Part shown: piece by piece, positions 44,037 to 53,068 of the stretch
Position numbering within the stretch: position 1 is the stretch's first letter
Layout of the letters: each line of letters starts with the position of its first letter
From: a virus
DNA length: 64,000 nt
IMG/VR virus record: IMGVR_UViG_3300043788_000131
Coordinates: 1 to 64,000 of that record
Direction: 5' to 3' (one strand)
The notes under the pieces: model-generated
Databases searched by the model: none
The model's input: the letters and a program-made list of their open reading frames with translations, nothing else
Told to the model about the DNA's origin: nothing
Program-made: the position numbers and the translations under genes

Positions 44037-44657
44037 TCAGACGCTGGCGCGGCTCTCGGCCGGCGGCAGCATCTTGAGGAACTGAGGCGCCAGAGCGCTC
44101 TCATCGACCACGTTCTCGTCGAGCACGAGGTCAACCACGATCTGCGGGATCGACTGTGCAGACACGTTCTTGTGGAATTTGTCGCGCACCGCGTTCCTGA
44201 TCTGGTGCGGCTGGTAGCGTTGCTCGCCCTTGAGCCACGCTGCGAGGTCGACACCGCCGCCCGGCGTTGCCCCCAGGCTGTCGGAGAATTCGTCGGCCCC
44301 CTCTTCGTCTTCGAGTCCGAAATCCTCGGCGGAAGTTTTCGCGCGCTGTTCCTCCTGCGCCTTGACCCTTGCGGTCTTGGCGGCGAGGTAGCGGCGCATT
44401 CCCGGCGAGTAGAGCGGGTGATACTTGACGGTGATCGGATTGCCATTCTTGTCGAGGCCGGCGCCTTCGAACGGCTCCGTCTTGCCGTCATCCTCGATCA
44501 GATTGTCTTGGGCGTCGAAGGGCAGGAGAATGACGTGTCCCCCCATCTTGCCGCCCTGCCAATTCACCACGCGATAGTGAGGATCGTCAGGGGTACGCTC
44601 ACCGTGGCATTCGGAGAACGTCTTGCCGCGGTCAAGCCGCAGCTTCGGCTCAGTCAT
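44037..44657 (-). CDS. hypothetical protein
   Basis: AAGGAG RBS, ATG 44657. Confidence 0.7.
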   Translation of the reverse strand: MTEPKLRLDRGKTFSECHGERTPDDPHYRVVNWQGGKMGGHVILLPFDAQDNLIEDDGKTEPFEGAGLDKNGNPITVKYHPLYSPGMRRYLAAKTARVKAQEEQRAKTSAEDFGLEDEEGADEFSDSLGATPGGGVDLAAWLKGEQRYQPHQIRNAVRDKFHKNVSAQSIPQIVVDLVLDENVVDESALAPQFLKMLPPAESRASV

Positions 44658-44678
44658 CGTTTGCTCCTTGCTGGAATG

Positions 44679-44706
44679 AAAAAGGCCCCGGACGAACCGG
44701 GGCCTT
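44679..44706 (-). terminator. intrinsic terminator after capsid cluster
   Basis: AGGCCCCGG-TTCGT-CCGGGGCC-TTTTT. Confidence 0.8.
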
Positions 44707-44730
44707 CGTGACAAGCGGCTGCGAGACCGC

Positions 44731-45024
44731 CTAGTCGCCGGACTTGACGCTGCCAGCGGCGCCGACTGTCTCCTGCACGGCGCTGACTCCCGTCAGCGAG
44801 TGCTTGAGGTTGGTGTCGCTACCGCGCCAACTCATGTCCTCGATCGACGAGTCGATGGGCATCACGAGCTTCACGTTGTCCATCGGCAGCGCCGTATTCA
44901 GCGTCTGCCCACGGCCGACCGAGCGCGTGTGAATGCCGTTCGACTTGCCAGAACCACCCGTGAGAGCGCCGCTGATGAAGCGCTCCGGGTTGTCCTTGCC
45001 GTAGGGGCGATTGGTCTGTGCCAT
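44731..45024 (-). CDS. small head-cluster protein
   Basis: AGGAGG RBS. Confidence 0.65.
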   Translation of the reverse strand: MAQTNRPYGKDNPERFISGALTGGSGKSNGIHTRSVGRGQTLNTALPMDNVKLVMPIDSSIEDMSWRGSDTNLKHSLTGVSAVQETVGAAGSVKSGD

Positions 45025-45052
45025 TCGCGTCCTCCTGTGTGGTTTGGGGGAA

Positions 45053-45283
45053 TTACTGCTCGAACGATTGGTCGGGACCCCGATAGGTCGGGCCGGCCAC
45101 GCCCGAAACAGGCGGGGGCGCGCCTTGCGCGTCTGGTGATGCTCTGGAAAGCACGGTGTACCCGTCCTTGCCTGCGTCGCCGGTGTGAGTGGCGTCGTCG
45201 TGGACGGGCAGCGGGCGAGGATCGTGCATTCTGATCGGATCGTTCCGCTTCGTGTTTCCAAAAAACAAACCGAGGCCGCGCAT
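45053..45283 (-). CDS. small head-cluster protein
   Basis: AGGAG RBS. Confidence 0.55.
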   Translation of the reverse strand: MRGLGLFFGNTKRNDPIRMHDPRPLPVHDDATHTGDAGKDGYTVLSRASPDAQGAPPPVSGVAGPTYRGPDQSFEQ

Positions 45284-45351
45284 GGCGTTGCTCCTGGTGA
45301 AGGGATGAGAAAGGGAGCGGCGCCCCCTTCCTCGCTGTTGCGGTGGTTGGC

Positions 45352-46122
45352 TTACCAGACGTTGGAACCAAGCCACTGGATCTTGACGCGCGGGATACCG
45401 CCGCCGTTTCCAGAGCCGGCGCCATTGGCCTGCAGGGTGATGACCACGTTGAGCCACACAACACCACCGGCGGTGTACGCAGTCGAGAAAGTCTGCGCGA
45501 CCTCGAAGTATTGGAAGCTCGTGGAGTCGATCGCCGTCACGGCCTGTTTGTTGGCGTTGACGCTGGTCGAGCCAGTGACGCCCTGGACGCTGACGAGCAT
45601 GCCGACAGTCAGATCCTTGAGCGGGGTCATGCCACCAGGGCTGCCCTGCACGTAGATGCGGCTGTGGGAAGAGTCGACGCCCTGGACGACGTTGGTGATC
45701 GTCCATCCCGATGCCGGAATGCGGCCCTTGGGGACCACGGTCCCGTAGGAGCCGCCGGCAATACCCGACGACGTCAGCGGGCCGCCGTCAAGAACGACGT
45801 GGCCGGTGTAGTCGGCGAGGGTGCGGGGCGGGTTGCCGGTGATGAGCTCGGCGGAGGCGCGATACGGGCCGGTGTTGTAGCCCGTAGCGGTAGCCGTGCC
45901 GAGGCGGTAGCGGCCGTAGGTCGTGTCGCCGGACGAGATACCGACCTGAAGCTCGGCAACCGAGGTGGTGCCGACCATCGAAGTGGTAATATCGACCATG
46001 AGATCACGAACAAATCCCACTTTGCCGCGCGGCCCTACGATGTAGCGAACAACGCTCGTGGCTGCCCACGTCGTTGCTTCCGCGTACTCGTAGAGCTCGA
46101 CGTCAGAGGTTTCGTAGCTCAT
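45352..46122 (-). CDS. capsid decoration / minor capsid protein
   Basis: directly after MCP; beta-rich. Confidence 0.65.
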   Translation of the reverse strand: MSYETSDVELYEYAEATTWAATSVVRYIVGPRGKVGFVRDLMVDITTSMVGTTSVAELQVGISSGDTTYGRYRLGTATATGYNTGPYRASAELITGNPPRTLADYTGHVVLDGGPLTSSGIAGGSYGTVVPKGRIPASGWTITNVVQGVDSSHSRIYVQGSPGGMTPLKDLTVGMLVSVQGVTGSTSVNANKQAVTAIDSTSFQYFEVAQTFSTAYTAGGVVWLNVVITLQANGAGSGNGGGIPRVKIQWLGSNVW

Positions 46123-46152
46123 GTTTGTTTGTTCCTTTCCTCTCTGACGCCC

Positions 46153-47145
46153 TTACGCTGCCGAGTCCCAGAACACGACGCGCGCGTTCAGGGCATCGGT
46201 GTGCACAAGGCCAAAGCCTCCCAGGTAGTACCAAGCAATACCCCGCGAGCGACCGTAGTCGCCGGGGATCTTTGCTCGGATTTCCTCGGGGATGCAGATC
46301 GCTTCAGTGACGGTGTCACCGCCCATGAAGATGGCCCAGGACGAGAGATTGTTGGTCCACGCCTGCGCGACGTTGCCCCACGGATCGTAGGACGTCGCGT
46401 TTGCTGCTCCACCTTTCGGAATGAACGTCTGTTCAACGTATCTGGTGGACTCGTAACGGCCGATTTCGCCGTTAAAGATGTGCGCGAGACCCGTCTCCGT
46501 GTACTGATGAATAGTTTCTAAGCTATTCTTGAAGTTACGGAAGGTTGACGGATTCGACACGCAGACGTAGTCGTCGGCCGTGTAGGGCGGAATGTTCCGC
46601 TCTTTCATGGCGTCGACGAGCGCCTTGACATGCCCCGTGCCGAGCGCGACGTTATTTGTCACCGAGGCTGTGCCGTTGGTGTCCAAATTGATCGCGGTCG
46701 TTGATGTGCCAGACGACGGCTCCGCACGAAGAACCGTATTCTTGAACTGCAGATACGATTCGATGTCGAAGTATTTTCTGGCATCATCTTTTAGGGTCTT
46801 GTCGATGATGCTCGCGACCTGATGCTTCGCGAGAGCAACAAGCTTGCCGGTGTACGGCACGCTGTTGCCTGCTTCAAACACCGTCAACTGGTGCTGAATG
46901 ATCGTGAAGCCGGTTTCAGGAAGCGGTGCGGACTCGTCGAGACGACGGCCTTGGGTGCCCACATTGCTGTAAACGTCCCAATTATACTTGTCGCCTCTGT
47001 TGAGACCTTTCTTGGTGCCATCCTCCGCGTCGCAAAGCTGACGCATCTTCGTGAGGGGCTGTACCTGCTGACGAAGCACATCGCTGAGCTCGTCAGAGTA
47101 CATGTAGCCACCCTCGGTGGGGATAGCCCAGAGTTGTCCTGCCAT
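46153..47145 (-). CDS. major capsid protein
   Basis: 330 aa after scaffold; LFNGEIG-type motif (IFNGEIGRYESTRYVE), DYGRSRGIAWYYLGGFG. Confidence 0.9.
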   Translation of the reverse strand: MAGQLWAIPTEGGYMYSDELSDVLRQQVQPLTKMRQLCDAEDGTKKGLNRGDKYNWDVYSNVGTQGRRLDESAPLPETGFTIIQHQLTVFEAGNSVPYTGKLVALAKHQVASIIDKTLKDDARKYFDIESYLQFKNTVLRAEPSSGTSTTAINLDTNGTASVTNNVALGTGHVKALVDAMKERNIPPYTADDYVCVSNPSTFRNFKNSLETIHQYTETGLAHIFNGEIGRYESTRYVEQTFIPKGGAANATSYDPWGNVAQAWTNNLSSWAIFMGGDTVTEAICIPEEIRAKIPGDYGRSRGIAWYYLGGFGLVHTDALNARVVFWDSAA

Positions 47146-47184
47146 GGGGCAAGCTCCTTCTCTGCTTGTCCCGTTTGTTTGGTG

Positions 47185-48591
47185 TTAGATGCCGAGAACC
47201 TGACCGCGCTTGCCGGCGCGATTCGCTTTCATCTGTTCGACGATTGCGGATCGGTCGCGCGGCGCGGCGGCCGCTTGCTGCGGCTGTCGTGGCACTGCTG
47301 AACGGGACGGCTGTGGCTGGATGGCCTCGCGTCTTGCATCGCGATTGACGACGATGCGCGGCGCGCCGCGTTGCGGGTCCGGGAGTGCCGGATCGGCCGG
47401 GGTTGCTGGTGCTTTGATCCCGCGCCATTCACCCACGGCGCGCGCAGCCTCGTTCAAGAGAACGTCAGGCGGACGCACGGCATGGCCGTTTGCACGGTAG
47501 TACTTGTGGGCCGAGGCGATGTCGGCTGGTGTTGTCGCTCGCCCTTCCACAAGGTTGGCGGGATCGAGCCCAAGCGCGACCAAGTCTTCCGCTTGCAAGT
47601 CGTACATTTGCCGCTCAAGAGCGGCCTGTGCGAGCTTGTCGGTCGCGAACTCGGGGTGGTCCTTCTTGAAGCTGTCGAGCACCTTCGCCGTGCGCGCACC
47701 GTCATCACGCATGCGCTCATTGACGAGGGCGTTCTGAACCTCTTGGCGGACCTGATCCGGTTTTGCTCCCGCCATTCCTGCGATGGTGTTTCGCAAGAGG
47801 TCGCGGGCTTGTGCCGGATCGTCGCCGAACTGGATTGCCTCGATCAGCTTGGCGATCTGCTCGTCCTGGTTTTGGGCGGCAGGGTCAGGCTGTGGCTGTT
47901 CGGCTGGTTGCGTCTCTGGGGCGGCTTGGTGACCGTCCTGGGCCGGACGCGAAGCCCTAGTTCTGATCGAGGACTCAAGCTCGTTGATCTCCTTGAGCTT
48001 GGCCTTTGCAGCGTCGAGGATGTTGTCAGAAGCGAGCGCGATCTGCGCGTGCTTGACCAAATCCTCCTGCGATAATTCCATTTCCTTGCCGTTGACCTTG
48101 ACCTTGAAGGTCGGCGGCGCGCGCTCTGGTTGATCAGGGTGCGCCAGATTTGGCGTACCCTCCGCACTTGCGACACTTGCGTCATCGGAAGTGTCTGGCG
48201 CGTCTGGGTTTTCCGGTGCCAACGGTTCGGCACCCGCTGCCTGTCGGAAGTCCTCCGGTAGGCCGCCGGAGCGCACGAAATCTTGGATGTCGTCGGTCTC
48301 GGGCTCATTCCTCTCGGCGCGGAATCGCGCGGTGATCGCGGCGCGCGTGTCGTCGTGCTTGCTGCGCACGGTCGGTGCCGGGCGTCCGGTGCTATCTGGC
48401 TGGGTTCCGGTGCTATTTGGCTGCGCGCCTGCGCCTGGATCTTGCGGCGAGCCGTCACCGGGCCCGAGTACAGCCTCAGTCTCGCCACCTGGAATCGGCC
48501 CCTGCGCCCCCTTTGCTCTTGTGTCCGCCTCTGCGGCCTGTGCCGCCTGCTGCGGCGTGTTCTGATGCGGCGTAACAACGGTGTCAGGCAT
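47185..48591 (-). CDS. capsid scaffolding protein
   Basis: acidic/P-rich N-terminus, FKVKVNGKEMELSQEDL motif, basic C-terminus, precedes MCP. Confidence 0.82.
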   Translation of the reverse strand: MPDTVVTPHQNTPQQAAQAAEADTRAKGAQGPIPGGETEAVLGPGDGSPQDPGAGAQPNSTGTQPDSTGRPAPTVRSKHDDTRAAITARFRAERNEPETDDIQDFVRSGGLPEDFRQAAGAEPLAPENPDAPDTSDDASVASAEGTPNLAHPDQPERAPPTFKVKVNGKEMELSQEDLVKHAQIALASDNILDAAKAKLKEINELESSIRTRASRPAQDGHQAAPETQPAEQPQPDPAAQNQDEQIAKLIEAIQFGDDPAQARDLLRNTIAGMAGAKPDQVRQEVQNALVNERMRDDGARTAKVLDSFKKDHPEFATDKLAQAALERQMYDLQAEDLVALGLDPANLVEGRATTPADIASAHKYYRANGHAVRPPDVLLNEAARAVGEWRGIKAPATPADPALPDPQRGAPRIVVNRDARREAIQPQPSRSAVPRQPQQAAAAPRDRSAIVEQMKANRAGKRGQVLGI

Positions 48592-48606
48592 TGGGCTCCC
48601 CAAATG

Positions 48607-48631
48607 AAAAAGGCCGCCGGAATGGCGGCCT
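48607..48631 (-). terminator. intrinsic terminator just upstream of scaffold gene
   Basis: AGGCCGCC-ATTCC-GGCGGCC-TTTTT. Confidence 0.75.
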
Positions 48632-48635
48632 CTGC

Positions 48636-48661
48636 GTTCTTGGTACAGGTTCTTGGTACAG
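48636..48661. repeat. 13-bp tandem repeat
   Basis: GTTCTTGGTACAG x2. Confidence 0.8.
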
Positions 48662-48688
48662 GTTTAGTCGGACCAGGACGGCGCGAGA

Positions 48689-51496
48689 TTAGGACGCTAT
48701 GAAGTTGTGCGCGCCTGCAAGGTGTCCGTATTCAAACAGATCGTATTTGATCATGCCCGCATCGGTGATGATCTCGATGATGACAATCGGCATCTGAGCA
48801 AGGTTGTCGCCAGCCATGGTGTTGTCGTAGTACCATTCCAAATAACCGAAGATCCAATCGCCTACGGCCATGGCAGGAAGCGAATCGCCAGTTACTGAGC
48901 CCGACCAAGAGCCGGCCGACCAGGATCGCACCCCCGCCGTCTTCACGTTCACGCCGAGGGTGCGGGCATACCCCACGAACGCGGGGGTGTAGCCCTGAAG
49001 CGAGTCGCAAAACAGATTTTCGGAGCCGTTGGCGCCGGTGTAGGCCCGCAGGACGTTGATATTGATCGACGTAAGCGTCCCTCGGACCTGCATGTTGTTC
49101 GTCGCGCCGAGGAGCGGGGACACGTTCCCCGTCAATACAATGTGCCCGTAAGTGAAGCCAGGACCCCCGTCGCGGCTCGGGTTGCTGCCCATCTGCCAGT
49201 TCTGAAGGAGGTGGTGACCGCGGCAATTCTTGACTGTGATCTTCGGATAGGGATGGACCGCGATGATAGAGGGCAACGGGAAAGCGCTGGGCAAGCTGCC
49301 CTGCGTCCAACTCGGCAAGCTGGTCAGCGTGGTGTCGATCAAGATATTTCCGGTGCCAGCGACGCCCGGCGTATCGCTGCGCACGTTCAGGACCGTGAAG
49401 AACGGCGGACTTTGAAAGAACCCGCCCTCGGAAAACGCGCACCGCACCCCAGGAGCCGCCCACGGCACGAGGCTGGCGGGGCCGGTATTTGGTATCGAAA
49501 AAGTGCCGTTGGAAAACGTAAATGCAGAAATGTTGTTGGCATTTCCGAAGGAGTTTCCCCATCCCGTGAAGCTGATCACGTCGACGTAGCTGTTCTCGAT
49601 ATAAATGCTTTCAAAGGGACCGTTGCTGCGCGGCCCCGGCGTCAAATTGCCGATATAGGAGTCTCTGATGTAGGTGTCCTTCGGCGTGCCGTTGAGATTG
49701 CCGATGTTGCAGCCGTCGATGATCAGTTGCTGCACTGACGAGCTCTGGAATAGAAGGGTGTTGTAGTAGCCGGTGATCTCGCAATTTCGGAACGTCAGCC
49801 GCTCGATGCACTTGTCGACCTCGATGTCGCCGCCCCCCTGGATGAGGCAGTTCTCGAAGGTGATGGACTTTGCCTGTGACGGTATCGGGAAGTTGCTCGA
49901 TTGCAGCCCCGGCCATTTGCAGTCCCGATAGTATTTGTTCATGACGGGCGGCATGTCGCTACCGCCGAGGAAGGTCACGCCAAAGCAGGAAACGTCGCAC
50001 TCCCACTGGCCGCCGAACATCTTAGTCATGTTCCAGACCGTGGCCGGACCGCCTTCATTCACGCCGAAAGAGTTGGCCGTGTATGCCGGATAGGTGGACA
50101 AATACGGACCACCTCGCAGATAACTGTTTAAGAAAATCACGCCGCCGCTGACGGTGGTTACCTGTACGAACTCCATGAAGTACGGATTAGGAGGGATGCC
50201 GCCGGCCTCGATGTCGAGTGCGCCTAGCAGCAGCCAATCACCCACGCTGAATTTTGAAGCGTCGCCGGAGTTGACTAGAGTCAGTTGAGTACTGTTCTGG
50301 CCGGCGCTCTGCACTAGAGCGGAGTTTGCTGCCCCATATTGATCATTGGTTCCGCCGAACTGGTTCAGGTTCCCGCTCAGCGACGCGCCGTAGCCAAAGA
50401 TGGTGAGCTTCTTAATTCCGCGCCACAGGCCGTTCGAGTTTGAAACTGAGGTGTACGTGCCCGGCGGAATATAAAGAGCGACTTCTTTGCCCTGATAGGC
50501 TTCGGTAAAGGCCTGGAAAGCGGCGCCATCATCGCCACCATTGCCCAGCGCGCCGAAATCTTTGATGTTCACCAAGCCGCCCGAGATCGCACTGGGGTTG
50601 ACGTAAGTGAGCGGCGTCCAAAGAACGATCTGCGAGATCGGCGTGAAGCCGGCTGGAAGCGTCAATCCGGTGGCCGTTGGGTCTACCGTGGCCCCGTCGC
50701 CGTTGCGGGCGAACTGCCCGATGATCCGCGATGTCGTTACGTTTATAGTAAAGGTTACGCCGCCGGTGCCGGCTCCCGGATCGTTGGCGGGATCACCATT
50801 CCAGCTTCCGCCGGGGGGCTTGACCCAAATCAGCTTCGCGACCGGATCAACCGCGACGTAATAGGTCCCGTTCGGGGTTGACCCCGTGTTTCTGTGTCCG
50901 TTTGGCGCTGGTGGCTGGGCGTTGTTTTCAAAGTAGTAGTAGCCCGTGCCGTCAGCATAGAACCCAATCCCGAGTCCGAGGTAGTCGAGAAACATCGCAT
51001 TGCCGGTGGGATTCCCGTCAATGCCGATGCCGAACCCGGAACTGCCGTCGAGCACGGTGAAATTCTGACCGATGGCGAATACATATTTCTGAGCGGTTGG
51101 AAGCGTGCTTGCGCTCCTAACTCCCGCTACGCCCACATCACCCGTGACGATATTGGGATACGCGGCGTCTGATCTCTGCGCCGTCAGATTGGAATTAGAA
51201 AAGATGACGGCCGGATTCGAGAGGTTGGGCGACCACGCAAAAGACGGTATCCGAGCTAGCGAGATCAGTTGCGTAGTCGGGTTCCACCAAAGCTGCCCGG
51301 CCTGCAGAAAAACTGGCGCTATGGTCGAGATCGTAATACCGCCGCTGCCTGCGCCCGCGCCCGCATAGAGCTCGGTGAGCATTGCGTTCAGTTTGTCGAC
51401 GGCCTCATTCCACTTGTCGCCGAACTCTTGGCCGAGGCCAGTGTTGGGGCCGCTGAATGGCTCGACAAGGTTCTTGTTGATGGTCTGCCGGGCCAT
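48689..51496 (-). CDS. tailspike / depolymerase (lectin-like domain plus beta-helix)
   Basis: GDKWNEAVDKLNAMLTELY attachment motif; VNIKDFGALGNGGDDGAAFQ; ITFENC/LTFRNC repeats. Confidence 0.8.
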   Translation of the reverse strand: MARQTINKNLVEPFSGPNTGLGQEFGDKWNEAVDKLNAMLTELYAGAGAGSGGITISTIAPVFLQAGQLWWNPTTQLISLARIPSFAWSPNLSNPAVIFSNSNLTAQRSDAAYPNIVTGDVGVAGVRSASTLPTAQKYVFAIGQNFTVLDGSSGFGIGIDGNPTGNAMFLDYLGLGIGFYADGTGYYYFENNAQPPAPNGHRNTGSTPNGTYYVAVDPVAKLIWVKPPGGSWNGDPANDPGAGTGGVTFTINVTTSRIIGQFARNGDGATVDPTATGLTLPAGFTPISQIVLWTPLTYVNPSAISGGLVNIKDFGALGNGGDDGAAFQAFTEAYQGKEVALYIPPGTYTSVSNSNGLWRGIKKLTIFGYGASLSGNLNQFGGTNDQYGAANSALVQSAGQNSTQLTLVNSGDASKFSVGDWLLLGALDIEAGGIPPNPYFMEFVQVTTVSGGVIFLNSYLRGGPYLSTYPAYTANSFGVNEGGPATVWNMTKMFGGQWECDVSCFGVTFLGGSDMPPVMNKYYRDCKWPGLQSSNFPIPSQAKSITFENCLIQGGGDIEVDKCIERLTFRNCEITGYYNTLLFQSSSVQQLIIDGCNIGNLNGTPKDTYIRDSYIGNLTPGPRSNGPFESIYIENSYVDVISFTGWGNSFGNANNISAFTFSNGTFSIPNTGPASLVPWAAPGVRCAFSEGGFFQSPPFFTVLNVRSDTPGVAGTGNILIDTTLTSLPSWTQGSLPSAFPLPSIIAVHPYPKITVKNCRGHHLLQNWQMGSNPSRDGGPGFTYGHIVLTGNVSPLLGATNNMQVRGTLTSININVLRAYTGANGSENLFCDSLQGYTPAFVGYARTLGVNVKTAGVRSWSAGSWSGSVTGDSLPAMAVGDWIFGYLEWYYDNTMAGDNLAQMPIVIIEIITDAGMIKYDLFEYGHLAGAHNFIAS

Positions 51497-51506
51497 GGCA
51501 CGCGCC

Positions 51507-52403
51507 CTAATCAGACCAGGACGTCGGATAGCCCCAGAAGCGATACCAGTCCGCCTTGAGCGTCTCGTAGAAGATGCGGTTGAGTGCTGCCGCCCATGGC
51601 GGCGTGCCGCCGCTCCCGGCGTTTCCGCTCACGAAGATCGGCTGCTCTTTGATGTCGAACTGATTGTCGGCCCCGAGTCTGATCCCCTTGAACGTGCCAA
51701 CGCTGGAGCCAACGCCGATATGGGCTTTGGTAGCACCGATCGGGAACAGCGTGCCGCAGTTGACGAAGTCGCAGAAGTCAACCGCGACGTTGAGGATGTT
51801 CTGCCCGGCCCACGCCGGCTCCAGGTCGAGGTTCGACTGCCCGGCGTTGGAGAACGTGCTGTTGGTGATCTTCACCCCATTGACGTCGATCAGCGACGCG
51901 TTCTGTCGGTAGTTGCTGTCGAACACGACGTCGTTGATCGTGAGGTTGCTGGCGCCGATGGCTGTGAGGCCGTCACCGAAGCATTGGCTGACGGTCAATC
52001 CGCCGTTGATCGTGACGTTCTTCGCCGCCGGGCCAAGGCCGATGCCGAAGCCCCACTGCCCTGCCGCGCCGCGAACGACGGGGTTTCCTGCGCCGCGGTC
52101 GCCGATGATCTTGCCCTTCCCGGTGATGACAAGGCCGTCCACGTTCTGCGCGAGCAGGATGACGTAGTGATCGGCCGCATTCGGGATGGCCTGGAGCGTG
52201 CCGTCGATCTGGAACGTGATCCCCGACTTCAGGGCGATGCCTGTGCGGCTGCTATAGTAGAGAGTTGGGCTGGCGATCGGGTTGATCCGGCATGTCGTGG
52301 CCTCCGGCACCCGCACGGTGTCGCCAGCTTTCGCGGCGTTGACCGCCGCCTGGACCGCCGCGGTGTCGTCCGTACCGGCGCCATAGACGTTTATTACAGA
52401 CAT
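51507..52403 (-). CDS. right-handed beta-helix (pectate lyase-like) protein
   Basis: GTDDTAAVQAAVNAA..GDTVRVP; GQWGFGI; NVTI..DG..NYRQN. Confidence 0.82.
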   Translation of the reverse strand: MSVINVYGAGTDDTAAVQAAVNAAKAGDTVRVPEATTCRINPIASPTLYYSSRTGIALKSGITFQIDGTLQAIPNAADHYVILLAQNVDGLVITGKGKIIGDRGAGNPVVRGAAGQWGFGIGLGPAAKNVTINGGLTVSQCFGDGLTAIGASNLTINDVVFDSNYRQNASLIDVNGVKITNSTFSNAGQSNLDLEPAWAGQNILNVAVDFCDFVNCGTLFPIGATKAHIGVGSSVGTFKGIRLGADNQFDIKEQPIFVSGNAGSGGTPPWAAALNRIFYETLKADWYRFWGYPTSWSD

Positions 52404-52416
52404 TCGCCCGCTCCTT

Positions 52417-52815
52417 TTATGCTCCGCCGGAGCCCGGTGGCTCGTCGATCAGCCCGAGATCGACCGCGACGCTCTGCCCGTCCGGCCCCTGCTCCATGAG
52501 AATGTCGAGCACCTCCTGGCGCTCTTTCTCGGTCATGTGCTGGTCGACGTTGACGCCCTCGTTGATGAAGGAGCGGACCTCCCGCATGAAAATATCGTAG
52601 GCGCGCACGCGAGCCTGAAACTCGCGAAACTCCTTCGCCTCGTACTCCTGATCGACCAGGGCTAGTGCGGCGAGGGCTTCGGCGGCCTCGCCGCGCAGGC
52701 GCCGGTAGACGTGCACGAACCAGCCCGGCGCGAGACTGGAAATCTCCGCTTCGAGTTCGGCGCTGTCTTTGATCAGTTTGAGTTCAGCAAGCGACGCAAT
52801 CGGGTCGTCCGCCAT
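52417..52815 (-). CDS. hypothetical protein
   Basis: ORF track. Confidence 0.65.
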   Translation of the reverse strand: MADDPIASLAELKLIKDSAELEAEISSLAPGWFVHVYRRLRGEAAEALAALALVDQEYEAKEFREFQARVRAYDIFMREVRSFINEGVNVDQHMTEKERQEVLDILMEQGPDGQSVAVDLGLIDEPPGSGGA

Positions 52816-52816
52816 C

Positions 52817-53068
52817 TTAGCGCCCAGGCTTCGGCGGTATGTGCTGGTAGCGTTTTGGGTCGTAATGCCTGCTCAGCATCCTCGCCAAACCTCGTTCCAG
52901 TTGACCGTCAGTCATCTGGTCGACGGCACTCCAAATCGTGTTGGCGCCTTCGGCGCGAGTCCCTTGGTCGAACCATCTGCGGATGTCGTGATGCTCGATG
53001 TGACTGAGTATTTCTTCGTAGATACCCTTCTCGCTCATCATCCAAGCTTTGTTGGCCTTCTCGCTCAT
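52817..53068 (-). CDS. hypothetical protein
   Basis: GGAGG RBS, ATGA overlap. Confidence 0.6.
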   Translation of the reverse strand: MSEKANKAWMMSEKGIYEEILSHIEHHDIRRWFDQGTRAEGANTIWSAVDQMTDGQLERGLARMLSRHYDPKRYQHIPPKPGR

